The notes: generated by a model from the letters alone, not told the origin. Positions 9,775 through 18,708 are shown, counted from the first letter of the stretch. The stretch: 64,000 nt of DNA from Nitrososphaerota archaeon (GCA_023379805.1 JAMCPI010000005.1:1853-65852); one strand, 5' to 3'. Made by a program: numbers and translations.

Positions 9775-9990
9775 ATGAAATCTGTGGTAACAACAACCTA
9801 TAACGAGAAATAGAGCATCACTGAACTTATTCAGTTTAAAATCGGTGCTAGCTAATGCTCCTCGAGATCATTCTAGCGATGACTCTTCGCTCGACCAAAC
9901 ATATGATGAGGCACGATTATGCACAGACATTACTATGTGAAAGGTGCAAGATGACCAAACCGTCGGATTACTATTCGGATCAAAGTATCA
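9775..9990 (+). pseudogene. Relic of a GT2 (DPM-synthase-like) glycosyltransferase N-terminus
   Basis: Reads MKSVVTTTYNEK*SITELI, then after frameshifts EIIL./DDSSLDQTYDEAR, matching GT2 S.VI.TYNE...I / EII.VDD.S.DGT. Confidence 0.55.
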
Positions 9991-9993
9991 AAC

Positions 9994-10425
9994 TCAAGGC
10001 GATTTTTGAACGTTACTAGAGACCACACCGCCAAGAGCTTTCTGTGTTTGAATTAATGGCTTATCCAAGCGGTATGCGTCGGTGAGGTCACGGTTCAATG
10101 GTTCTATTTCTAATGCTGTTGATTCCTCCACGGCCAAGAATGCATGGGGCATATTCTTAGGTATCCAGACCATACTTCCAGCAGTCAAGGTCTGCCGAAC
10201 TTCAGTTTCATTGGCAATCACTACTAATTCCATTTTTCCATCAAGCACAAACACATATTTACCGCTCCGTTTATGGAAGTGATTTCCCCTTATGCTTCCC
10301 TTTTTTGATTGTGTTATTGTTATACTTCGCACTGGTTCGTTGTTAATGATATTTGTAATGGTGCCTCTCTCATCAACATGGTCAGGGGCAAATTTTTTTA
10401 CGGTTAATTGGCTAGTCTCACTCAT
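9994..10425 (-). CDS. Cupin-domain protein (sugar isomerase/epimerase-like)
   Basis: DERG.I, KGSIRGNHFHK and HAF cupin motifs typical of nucleotide-sugar cupins. Confidence 0.75.
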   Translation of the reverse strand: MSETSQLTVKKFAPDHVDERGTITNIINNEPVRSITITQSKKGSIRGNHFHKRSGKYVFVLDGKMELVVIANETEVRQTLTAGSMVWIPKNMPHAFLAVEESTALEIEPLNRDLTDAYRLDKPLIQTQKALGGVVSSNVQKSP

Positions 10426-10487
10426 AGACCATCAATTTCAGTTGAGCGTATTTTTTAACCTGTATAAACTTTAATGCTGCCCCTTAA

Positions 10488-10640
10488 GGCGGTGTTACCT
10501 TAAAGATCATCACATACTTGACGACGTTGGTTACCTGAATATGTTCAGGTTACTTGTGAAGGTGGGAGAGCCAGATCCCTATAAGTGGTCTGTATTCTGG
10601 CCTAGGCAGTGGAAGTAGGCGTCAATTGAGTCTATCCTGA
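10488..10640 (-). mobile_element. Right-end fragment of the IS6-family element
   Basis: GGCGGTGTTACCTTAAAGATC...GAATATGTTCAGGTTACTTGTGAAGGTGG is nearly identical to 12962-13040 and matches the right IR end of the 5310-5689 element. Confidence 0.7.
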
Positions 10641-10709
10641 TTGAATTGTAGGCGGTTTCTACAGCTGGCTCTCCGCTTGCGACTCCATGTCGACTATGGA
10701 GTCGCTACT

Positions 10710-10900
10710 ACCCATATGGACAAATAGTGAGATGGGGGAAGATAAGCAACAACGACGAGGGGGGAAGGACACGGTGTCGCGATGATCTCAACGGCAAGAA
10801 GGCTTGCTAGGGTAATCGGCGATGCTGACTGACGGAACGAACTTCATCAACACCCCAATAAACCTACGTAAGGGAAGATGAGGAAGTTGAGCAGGGAATG
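10710..10900 (+). pseudogene. IS110-family transposase C-terminal relic
   Basis: GHGVAMISTARRLARVI, then a frameshift to AMLTDGTNF, resembling the IS110 A..A.ARKL...I.AML..G..F terminus. Confidence 0.5.
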
Positions 10901-10930
10901 AGAAGATACGACTTGTCTCCCACTGAGAAG

Positions 10931-11884
10931 CTATCGCTTCACGACCTGTTCCTCAATTTCGGCAGACTCTAGTTTATCACTCGGCCAAGGAGACGATAAA
11001 GCGTATTCGAGGGATTCTTTCACTTCAGCCTCGACCTCTTTCTCAATTTCTGCTTTCTCTTTATCTTGCAAATATTTACCTAGTCTTGGGATTGGGTCTA
11101 GCTTTGCTAGTTCGCATAATTCCTCCTTGCTACGGGCGTCTGGTTGTCCCTGCTTATGCCAACAGAGCCTAGTAGTTTTGCATTCTAGAAAGAATGGCTC
11201 TTGCGTCTCCCTAACAATATCTGTAATTTCTTTTGCAGCTTCATACACTCCTATTATATCATTACCGTCGATGCACTGGGATTGTATGCCGTAGCCTCTT
11301 GCCCTTTCCGAAACCGTGCTGACAGGTAAATACACGGGTGCTCGTATATTTCCAGCCAAGCCGTTGTTTTCACATACAATTAGTAGGGGCACTTTCTTGA
11401 CAGCGGCTATATTCATCCCTTCATGGAATTGGGCATTGCTACTACTAGCATCTCCGAGGAAGCACGCGACAATTGCTTGTTCTTTGCGGAAGTATTTTAC
11501 GGACCACGCTACACCTACTGCCACTGGTAGGCAGGTTCCAACGATTTGGAAGCTAAACAGGTGCCCTACTTTTGGGTTCCTGAAGTGCATCTCACCTGCT
11601 GCTCCCTTGTTGGTGCCGTTAGCACGCCCTAAGATTTCTGCCAAGAGCGGTTTGAGTTCAGTACCTTTGGCCAAGGTATGCGATATAGTGCGATGATGGG
11701 TTACAATATAGTCGTTGGGATTGAGAGCTGCAATTATTCCTGTTGAGATAGCCTCTTGCCCTTTATTGAAATGGAGGTCACCAGCTTCGCCGGTCAAACA
11801 CAACTTTTGAAGTTCAGTTTCTACGAACCTTGTTCTAAGCATCTTCTTGTAGAGATGCTTGTAGAAACCCTGTTTATCGTTCAT
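10931..11884 (-). CDS. TPP-dependent 2-oxoacid dehydrogenase E1 alpha-like subunit (PdhA/AcoA family)
   Basis: H...GQEA, HR, G..G.MH, GDA..SNAQFHEGMN...CENN (TPP motif) and DGND motifs. Confidence 0.85.
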   Translation of the reverse strand: MNDKQGFYKHLYKKMLRTRFVETELQKLCLTGEAGDLHFNKGQEAISTGIIAALNPNDYIVTHHRTISHTLAKGTELKPLLAEILGRANGTNKGAAGEMHFRNPKVGHLFSFQIVGTCLPVAVGVAWSVKYFRKEQAIVACFLGDASSSNAQFHEGMNIAAVKKVPLLIVCENNGLAGNIRAPVYLPVSTVSERARGYGIQSQCIDGNDIIGVYEAAKEITDIVRETQEPFFLECKTTRLCWHKQGQPDARSKEELCELAKLDPIPRLGKYLQDKEKAEIEKEVEAEVKESLEYALSSPWPSDKLESAEIEEQVVKR

Positions 11885-12876
11885 TATTGTAGCCTCCTGA
11901 TTGCTTGCAGTATCTGCTCCTCTGCAGGTATAAGTTGCTTATGCAGTCTTGCGCTGGCTGGTATTGTTGTTCGGGGTGCTCCTAACCGCATTACCGGTTT
12001 CTTGAGGTCATTGAAACAATTTTCAGAGATATTGGCTGAAATCTCCGCGCCTACCCCAGCGTAGGTTACATCAGGCTCAACTATCAGCAACTTGCCCGTC
12101 TTTCTAACAGATTCGTATAAAGTATCGTAGTCGACCGGATATAAACTCCTTAGGTCGATGAGGTCACAACTTATGTCATATTCATCAATAACCGACTCGG
12201 CGGTTCTAACTGTGACTGCATACGAAACTATTGTTAAGTTTTCTCCCTTTCGGCGAACCTTTGCTGAGCCAAAGGGTATTTTGTAATAGTCAGGGTTAAC
12301 CATATCCGACTGTTTTGTGGTTTTATCTGAAATCTCTCTATCTTCGAAAAATATTGTAACTCCTGGGCTTGTCAATGTTGTTGCCATCAAACCCTTTGCA
12401 TCATATGGTGTCGACGGAACAACAACGTTCAATCCTGGTATGTGTGTGAATAGTGCTTCAACTCTCTGTCCTGTAGTTGGGCCCGCGGTCATAAATTCAG
12501 ATTTTATGACGACTGTCTTAGGCTTATCTACACCGCCTGATACAAAGTTTATTTTAGCTGCAGTATTGCAAATGGCATCCATTGTTCGATATATGAAATC
12601 GGCGGTGATTACGTCCACTATTGGTTTCATTCCCATTAGCGATGCGCCTACAGCGAAGTTCGTGTTACCATCTTCAGAGATAGGGAATGTTATGACTCGG
12701 TCGGGAAATTCACGTTCAATCATTGGTGCATCAAAATGCACCTTCATGGATGCCCCTTCACCCATTATGTATATAGAAGCGTCCTTCTTCATCTCTGCAT
12801 ATACTGCTTGAAGTATGGCATCCCTTATGAGACGGTTCCTAAGTGTAGTGTACATAAAGCTCAAGATTGACGACAC
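11884..12876 (-). CDS. TPP-dependent 2-oxoacid dehydrogenase E1 beta-like subunit (PdhB/AcoB family)
   Basis: PISE, G.KPIV...ADF, N.AAK, IPGL.VV.PSTPYDAKGL, DLRSLYP and SVRKTGK motifs. Coupled to the alpha gene; start may be TTG 12864 or ATG 12855. Confidence 0.85.
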   Translation of the reverse strand: MSSILSFMYTTLRNRLIRDAILQAVYAEMKKDASIYIMGEGASMKVHFDAPMIEREFPDRVITFPISEDGNTNFAVGASLMGMKPIVDVITADFIYRTMDAICNTAAKINFVSGGVDKPKTVVIKSEFMTAGPTTGQRVEALFTHIPGLNVVVPSTPYDAKGLMATTLTSPGVTIFFEDREISDKTTKQSDMVNPDYYKIPFGSAKVRRKGENLTIVSYAVTVRTAESVIDEYDISCDLIDLRSLYPVDYDTLYESVRKTGKLLIVEPDVTYAGVGAEISANISENCFNDLKKPVMRLGAPRTTIPASARLHKQLIPAEEQILQAIRRLQ

Positions 12877-12961
12877 ATTAATTTCTAAATATATAAATAT
12901 CTTGCTGACCAGAAGACCAAAAAGCGGTCAGGCTTGGACCTAGATATTTTGGCGAATAATA

Positions 12962-13403
12962 GGCTCAGTTACCTTAAAGATCTCATTACTTGATGAGGTT
13001 GGTTACCCGAATATGTTCAGGTTACTTGTGAAGGTGGAAGAGTCGGACGGCTCTATACGTGCAGCTACCTGCGGTCTGCTCTTCTGCAAGGGAAGTAATC
13101 ATCGAATGCTTATGGCCTATCTTTAACAGATTACACTGCCTTCTTCAGAGTCTTATCAATCAGGAACAGTCCAGCCCTCTTTGCTTTGAACCGCCGCTTC
13201 AACGAACTTAGCTCCTGCATCCACATCCAAACAGATTTGTGACTCCCATTGGCAAAGGCACAATAGCTCGGGAACAGGCTCAGGCTCAAACTCTCAAAAC
13301 CAAATATACTTAATACATAGTAGGCAGAAGGCGCAACCTCTCAGATAATCATCTTTCGCCGCATATTGTCTGAAAGAGAAACAGCCCTTATGGTAATAGA
13401 GCC
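12962..13403 (-). mobile_element. Internally deleted IS6-family element (442 bp), relative of 5310-5689
   Basis: Ends GGCTCAGTTACCTTA and TATGGTAATAGAGCC (imperfect IRs); internal antisense match to the DRTEAFDDYFPC-coding segment. Confidence 0.8.
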
Positions 13404-13469
13404 GAGCCGGTGATGTTAAATGTATAAATACGCCAGAACTGGCTAAAAATTAACCACGAAGGGACGGAT

Positions 13470-13964
13470 ATGGCATTACCAGGGATGAGAGCGAAGATAC
13501 TTGAGAAGCACCCTGATGAAAGGGGATTCTTTGCGGAAATAGTGCGAGAGGATTGGAAAGAATTCTTTGAAGATAAGATGATTGTCCAGTTGAATTTGGC
13601 GAAAAGCTACCCGGGAATAATAAAGGCATGGCACAGACATGTCAGAGGACAAATCGATTACGTCATCGTGCTACAAGGATCTTTCAAAATTGTCGCATAC
13701 GACGATAACGAAGGGTCTGAAACAATAGGACAATTACAAGAAATTATAAGTAGTGATGAGGTTTTGCAAGTAGTTAGAATCCCAGGCCATTATTGGCATG
13801 GTTTCAAGGCAATAGGTGATAAGCCGACTTTATTTGTTTATGGAGTAAGTAATCTTTATGATTATAGGAATCCAGATGAAGGAAGAAGACCTTGGGACGA
13901 CCCTTCGATAATTGATCCGCGAACGAAAAAACCCTTTGATTGGAATAGCCCGCCCCACAAGTAG
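13470..13964 (+). CDS. rfbC: dTDP-4-dehydrorhamnose 3,5-epimerase family (RmlC-like) protein
   Basis: DERGFF.E, Q.N...SYPGIIKAWH.H, IPG..WHGF and YD..NPDE motifs. Confidence 0.75.
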   Translation: MALPGMRAKILEKHPDERGFFAEIVREDWKEFFEDKMIVQLNLAKSYPGIIKAWHRHVRGQIDYVIVLQGSFKIVAYDDNEGSETIGQLQEIISSDEVLQVVRIPGHYWHGFKAIGDKPTLFVYGVSNLYDYRNPDEGRRPWDDPSIIDPRTKKPFDWNSPPHK

Positions 13965-13976
13965 TGAGTTTTCGGC

Positions 13977-15098
13977 GTGACAAGCCCGATAATACGCCTA
14001 TTTAGCCCAAATACACCCAATATACCACATTTGTTAAACGAACTATCAAAGGTTCTAGAGAGCAAAATGCTGGGAGAAGGACCCAAGGTTGGTCAATTTG
14101 AAAGTGAGCTAAAAAATAAGTTTGGCTTAAAATATGTGCTTGCTTTGAACTCTGGTACCTCTGCTCTACGTCTCGCTTTAGCTGTAGGTGGGGTAGGCCC
14201 GAATGATGAGGTAATTACCACCCCATTCACAGCTTTGGCTACTAATACCTCAATACTAGAACAAGGAGCGAAACCAGTCTTCGCCGATATAAATTATGAG
14301 ACATCTAACATTGACCCAGCTGATATAGAAAAGCATATCACAAGAAAGACAAAAGCCATCATTTGCGTCCATTATGGTGGTTACCCATGTGATATGGATG
14401 AGATAAATGAAATTGCTAGAGACCACGATCTATTAGTCATAGAAGATGCTGCTCACGCCTTAGGTGCCACCTATAAAGGGAAAGTTATAGGCACAATATC
14501 AAAATTCACAGCTTTTTCGTTTCAGGCAATTAAACACATTACAACTGGAGATGGCGGAATGCTGACATTACTGGATAGCGAAAAATATGAAGAGGCGCGT
14601 AGACGCAGATGGTTTGGGATAGATAGAGCAGCCCGCAAACCGTCGGTTATCGGATACGACACAACGTTCGATATAACAGAAGCGGGATACAAATACCACA
14701 TGAACGATATAGCAGCTACAATTGGACTAGAACAGCTAAAGTACTTTGATGCGGTGTTCAAAAGAAGAGCAGAAATAGCAAACATTTACAGAGAACAATT
14801 GAGTGATGTTAATGGAATTGTTCTATCTGAAAATTCGTCCGATAGAAAAAATGCGAACTGGTTGTTTCCTTTACATGTTGAACGAAGAGAGGATTTTGCT
14901 AAAATGATGAGCGCGAAAGGCATTGAAGTATCAGTTGTTCATTGGAGAAACGACAGGTACAGCATTTTTGGGGGGCTGAGGAAAGATTTGCCTAACCTTG
15001 AGAAATTCTCTAAAACAATTATTCACATACCATTGCACCAAGATCTAACTGATAGTAACGTGGAATACATAATTGATTCGATTAAAGGTGAGTGGTGA
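13977..15098 (+). CDS. DegT/DnrJ/EryC1/StrS PLP-dependent sugar aminotransferase
   Basis: NSGTSAL, TPFT..AT, VHYGGYP, EDAAHALG and FSFQAIKHITTGDGGM (PLP Lys) motifs. Confidence 0.92.
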   Translation: MTSPIIRLFSPNTPNIPHLLNELSKVLESKMLGEGPKVGQFESELKNKFGLKYVLALNSGTSALRLALAVGGVGPNDEVITTPFTALATNTSILEQGAKPVFADINYETSNIDPADIEKHITRKTKAIICVHYGGYPCDMDEINEIARDHDLLVIEDAAHALGATYKGKVIGTISKFTAFSFQAIKHITTGDGGMLTLLDSEKYEEARRRRWFGIDRAARKPSVIGYDTTFDITEAGYKYHMNDIAATIGLEQLKYFDAVFKRRAEIANIYREQLSDVNGIVLSENSSDRKNANWLFPLHVERREDFAKMMSAKGIEVSVVHWRNDRYSIFGGLRKDLPNLEKFSKTIIHIPLHQDLTDSNVEYIIDSIKGEW

Positions 15099-16174
15099 TG
15101 AAAGCATTACTACTCGCGGGAGGATTTGGAACCCGGTTGAGACCACTGACTTTTACCGGAAATAAACATACGCTTCCAGTAGCTAACAAGCCAATTATCA
15201 CATATGGTTTAGACGCACTGAAGGATGCAGGCATTAAAGACATAGGGATCATCACAGGCCCAATGGGGGAAGGAATTGAGAAAATAATCGGAAATGGTTC
15301 TAGTTTTGGGGTACAAGTGACTTACATCTTTCAACCTGAGCCTAAAGGAATAGCGCAAGCAATTGGACTTGCTGAAACGTTCATTGGAGGTGATCCCTTT
15401 GTTGTATGTTTAGGAGATAACATATTACAAGGAGGGATAAGTCGTATTTGCAAAAAATTCCTAAAAAGCGACGCGGACGAACTACTGCTCCTAAAAGAGA
15501 TAGATAACCTTCAGATGGCTAAACGGTTCGGCATTGCTGAGGTTAAAGACGACAAAGTAGTAAGAGTTGTCGAAAAGCCCAAGGACATCTTCAGTAATCT
15601 AATAATGATTGGAATATACATGTTCAGATCAAAAGTTTTCGACGCGATCAAAGAGCTTAAACCGTCGTGGAGAGGAGAATTAGAAATAACGGACGCTATT
15701 CAGAAGTTAATTGATTGGAATTGTAAGGTTTCACCTTACATAATAACTGAGAAATGGTGGAAAGATACCGGAGAACCGAACGATATTATCGAAGCAAACC
15801 GATTAATTTTGGACGATCTAAAACCAGTCAATAGAGGAAAAGTTGAGAGTGATGTATCAATTCTTGGCAGAGTCTCAATTGGATCGGATACTATAATCAA
15901 AAGTGGGTCAGTGATAAAAGGGCCCTCGATTATAGGAAAGAACTGTGAAATTGGGCCTAATACGTATGTGGGGCCCTATACAAGCATTGGAGATAACTGT
16001 ACCATTATTGGGGGGGATGTGGAATCGTCAATCATTCAGAACCAGACAACCATCGACTGCGGAGAAAAAATTATAGATAGTTTGATTGGAGCAAACGTGA
16101 AAATCTCTAATAATGGGCAAGTTCCCAAAGGAAAAAGGCTCATATTAGGGGATAGTTCAGTTGTGAAATTCTAG
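15092..16174 (+). CDS. rfbA: Glucose-1-phosphate thymidylyltransferase, long form with hexapeptide repeats
   Basis: LLAGGFGTRLRPLT...KH.LPVANKP, VEKP, LKPSWRGELEITDAIQ, WWKDTG; C-terminal left-handed beta-helix repeats. Confidence 0.9.
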   Translation: MVMKALLLAGGFGTRLRPLTFTGNKHTLPVANKPIITYGLDALKDAGIKDIGIITGPMGEGIEKIIGNGSSFGVQVTYIFQPEPKGIAQAIGLAETFIGGDPFVVCLGDNILQGGISRICKKFLKSDADELLLLKEIDNLQMAKRFGIAEVKDDKVVRVVEKPKDIFSNLIMIGIYMFRSKVFDAIKELKPSWRGELEITDAIQKLIDWNCKVSPYIITEKWWKDTGEPNDIIEANRLILDDLKPVNRGKVESDVSILGRVSIGSDTIIKSGSVIKGPSIIGKNCEIGPNTYVGPYTSIGDNCTIIGGDVESSIIQNQTTIDCGEKIIDSLIGANVKISNNGQVPKGKRLILGDSSVVKF

Positions 16175-16234
16175 CCCGAAAAAGCATCGATTTGCGTTGC
16201 TTTCCATCGCCGGTCGATTTTATAAAGCGTTTCA

Positions 16235-16600
16235 CTTCGGTTGACAGCCGCCTTTAGGAGGGTCATCTGTTTGTTTTTTTACCGTTAACATCTATTTCGG
16301 TGGCTTGAACTGTTGTTTGTCCGTCTAAGGCGGAGTATGATTTGAAGTTGTACCGGATTCTTTATCCTTCCGCTAACGGTGTGTTAATTGACTTCCATCC
16401 ACGTTGAACTTTGGTGCGTTCTCTTAACATGCCGTTCAATCGCTCTATTCAATTGTTGTTGGTGTGAGGTTTGGTTATGCTGCACTTATACACGGCTTAC
16501 TTCTTTTCCTTAGGTTTGAGCGATTCCTGCTTGTTTGCTCTGAGTGAGTCAGTGAAGACATTCTAAGGATGAGCCGCGAGCGTTCTACCGGATAGTTATT
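16235..16600 (-). pseudogene. Degraded archaeal IS6-type (DDE integrase-like) transposase, distinct from the MITE family
   Basis: Minus strand reads VFTDSL...HTNNN*IERLNGMLRERTKVQRGWKS..TPLAEG*RIRYNF...ALDGQT with in-frame stops. Confidence 0.75.
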
Positions 16601-16634
16601 ATGCGAGAGGTCTGGTGAAGATGGAAAATCTTCA

Positions 16635-17627
16635 TCAGCCTGTTTTGAAGGGATCATCTCTTTTAAAGAACTCATCATTGGTCAGGATTTCCCACCACCA
16701 CTTATTGGTCAGATACCATTTTATTGTCTCGATAAGGGCTTCTTTGAATTGATATCGTGGTGCCCAACCTAATGAACAAAGTTTTGAGTTATCAAGCCGG
16801 TAACGACGGTCGTGCCCGGGTCTATCACCGACGAATTTTACGCCCTGTTTCTTTCCGAGAAAACTCAAGATCATTTGAGCGACGTCTAGGTTTGTTATCT
16901 CTTCGTTGCCACCCACATTAAATATTTCTCCAGGAAAGTTGTTTTGCAAAACTAAATCTAACGCAGAACAATTGTCATAAACATATAACCAATTTCTCAC
17001 TTGAAGACCATCTCCGTATAATGGCAGGGGTTCATTCAACAATCCGCGAAGTATTAGCTTTGGGATAAGTTTCTCAGGGTATTGGTAAGGTCCAAAATTG
17101 TTAGAACTTCGTGCAATATTGACATTGAGCCCATATGTTTTCCAAAACGATCTCGTGATCAGCTCCCCCGACGCTTTGCTTGCGCTGTATGGGTTAGATG
17201 GGTTTAGGACATCTTTTTCTGTGGATTTTCCAAACGCTATATCGCCATATACTTCATCTGTAGATATTTGTACGAATTTGGTCGCGTTGCGGTGCCTAGC
17301 TGCTTCGAGTAAGCGAAATGTACCAACAACGTCAACTTTTAAGAATGCTTCTGGCGAAACAATGCTGCGGTCGACATGGGTTTCGGCAGCAAAATTTACA
17401 ATCATGTCGATATCTTTTACCGCTTTATTAACATCCTCTGGAATACAAATATCACCTTTAAGAAATTTGTACCTTTTATCGTTCATGATGTCTTTGAGAT
17501 TTTCCAGTCTTCCAGCATAAGTGAGTTTATCCATATTTATTACGGAATAATCGGGGTGCCGGGAGAGAATATATCTAATAAAGTTGGAACCAATGAACCC
17601 ACAACCGCCCGTAACGAGTATTCTCAA
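16635..17627 (-). CDS. rfbB: dTDP-glucose 4,6-dehydratase
   Basis: VTGGCGFIGSNF, DKLTYAG, FAAETHVDRSI, STDEVYG, PYSASKA, PEKLIP and DRPGHDRRY motifs. Confidence 0.95.
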   Translation of the reverse strand: MRILVTGGCGFIGSNFIRYILSRHPDYSVINMDKLTYAGRLENLKDIMNDKRYKFLKGDICIPEDVNKAVKDIDMIVNFAAETHVDRSIVSPEAFLKVDVVGTFRLLEAARHRNATKFVQISTDEVYGDIAFGKSTEKDVLNPSNPYSASKASGELITRSFWKTYGLNVNIARSSNNFGPYQYPEKLIPKLILRGLLNEPLPLYGDGLQVRNWLYVYDNCSALDLVLQNNFPGEIFNVGGNEEITNLDVAQMILSFLGKKQGVKFVGDRPGHDRRYRLDNSKLCSLGWAPRYQFKEALIETIKWYLTNKWWWEILTNDEFFKRDDPFKTG

Positions 17628-17651
17628 GCCAAAGATTAGGTCTAAACAGAT

Positions 17652-17659
17652 TATTTAAC
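17652..17659 (-). promoter_or_regulatory. Probable TATA box (GTTAAATA) of rfbB
   Basis: 25-32 bp upstream of the TTG start at 17627. Confidence 0.5.
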
Positions 17660-17836
17660 CACTTCTACAACTTCAGAGTTACCAGGGAACAACAAGAAGA
17701 AAGAATACGCATCTCACCTCAGCATATCGTAATCAATCATCAGCAAATATAACATTCAATTGGAGCGGATTAACAATCATGCAAAACGTACCTGAGCAAG
17801 CTCAGATGGATTTACGGGTAACACTACTAACATGAG

Positions 17837-18064
17837 TCAAAGATAACCAAGATTGGATAGACGTTTCTTTATTTCGTCTTCTTCTTCGCTGGTGTATCCT
17901 GTCGCGGGTTCGTCTTCCTTGGTGACTTCTTTCAGCACAAATGCCACATACTCATCCACACTCTTGAATTCATTTCTGTTTACCTCTACTCTTTTTCTAA
18001 TGGTTTCGTATAAGTATCTCGAAATGTATACTGGCATTCTCTCGTCCTGCATTCTTTCACACAA
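17837..18064 (-). CDS. Small CopG/ribbon-helix-helix-like protein with C-terminal EEEDEIKKRLSNLGYL tail
   Basis: V.IS..LYE.I...V....F.SVDEYV.FVL.EV pattern plus acidic RLxxLGY tail; likely start MQDERM. Confidence 0.75.
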   Translation of the reverse strand: MCERMQDERMPVYISRYLYETIRKRVEVNRNEFKSVDEYVAFVLKEVTKEDEPATGYTSEEEDEIKKRLSNLGYL

Positions 18065-18069
18065 CAGTT

Positions 18070-18495
18070 GCTTACCTTTAGAAGGGGAAAAACATTTCGA
18101 TCCTGGGGTGTTGTCCTAGAAGTTCTGGACAAAGAACCCCTTTGCCCTGTAGATGCTCCACTGCTGATTCTCCCTTCGTTGAAGTCCTCCGAGGGGCCTT
18201 GGAAGGTTCTTGAGGGCTTTTGGCGTGAAGGCATCTCTCTATCTTGTTCCTCCTTCTCTCTTGAACATAGCCTCTTCGTGATCCTTGACAGCAAATTCTT
18301 TTTATGACGAGGTTATACAGTTACCCATAATCAGGGTTAGAGCATAGTCTCCTATCCCATCCTTCAGCTTTCTGGATAGGTATTGGGGTTGGGTCTCCAA
18401 GCGCCAAAATACTTATGATAATGGCTTGACAAGTCTTAGCCATCCTTGACCAAGTGGAGGATTCTCAATATGATCTCGGTCTCATTATCCATCAT
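18070..18495 (-). pseudogene. Possible winged-helix regulator relic
   Basis: Fragments MMDNETEIILRILHLVKDG* and QYLSRKLKDGIGDYALTL in different frames, with multiple stops. Confidence 0.3.
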
Positions 18496-18594
18496 AGGTG
18501 AGTCAAAACAAGCCTAAACAAATATTCCAAAAAGATTCATGATAACATTGGATTAGAGAGACATGCCGCCTGAGGAAAGAGAACTCCGATTTTG

Positions 18595-18626
18595 CATTCG
18601 TATAAGTAAACATTCGTATAAGTAAA
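18595..18626 (+). repeat. Perfect 16-bp tandem duplication (CATTCGTATAAGTAAA x2)
   Basis: Read directly at 18595-18610 and 18611-18626. Confidence 0.9.
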
Positions 18627-18708
18627 TTCAACTTCACAAGGGTAAAAGCTTACGAACATCTAGCGGATTAGAACATGACTGGTACCGTGCGGCTCGTTAG
18701 CATTTACT

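Noticed and set aside
10931-12876. Housekeeping pyruvate dehydrogenase complex
   Set aside because: No E2/E3 adjacent, beta-subunit HSQ motif altered, and sugar-cluster context; not excluded but disfavoured.
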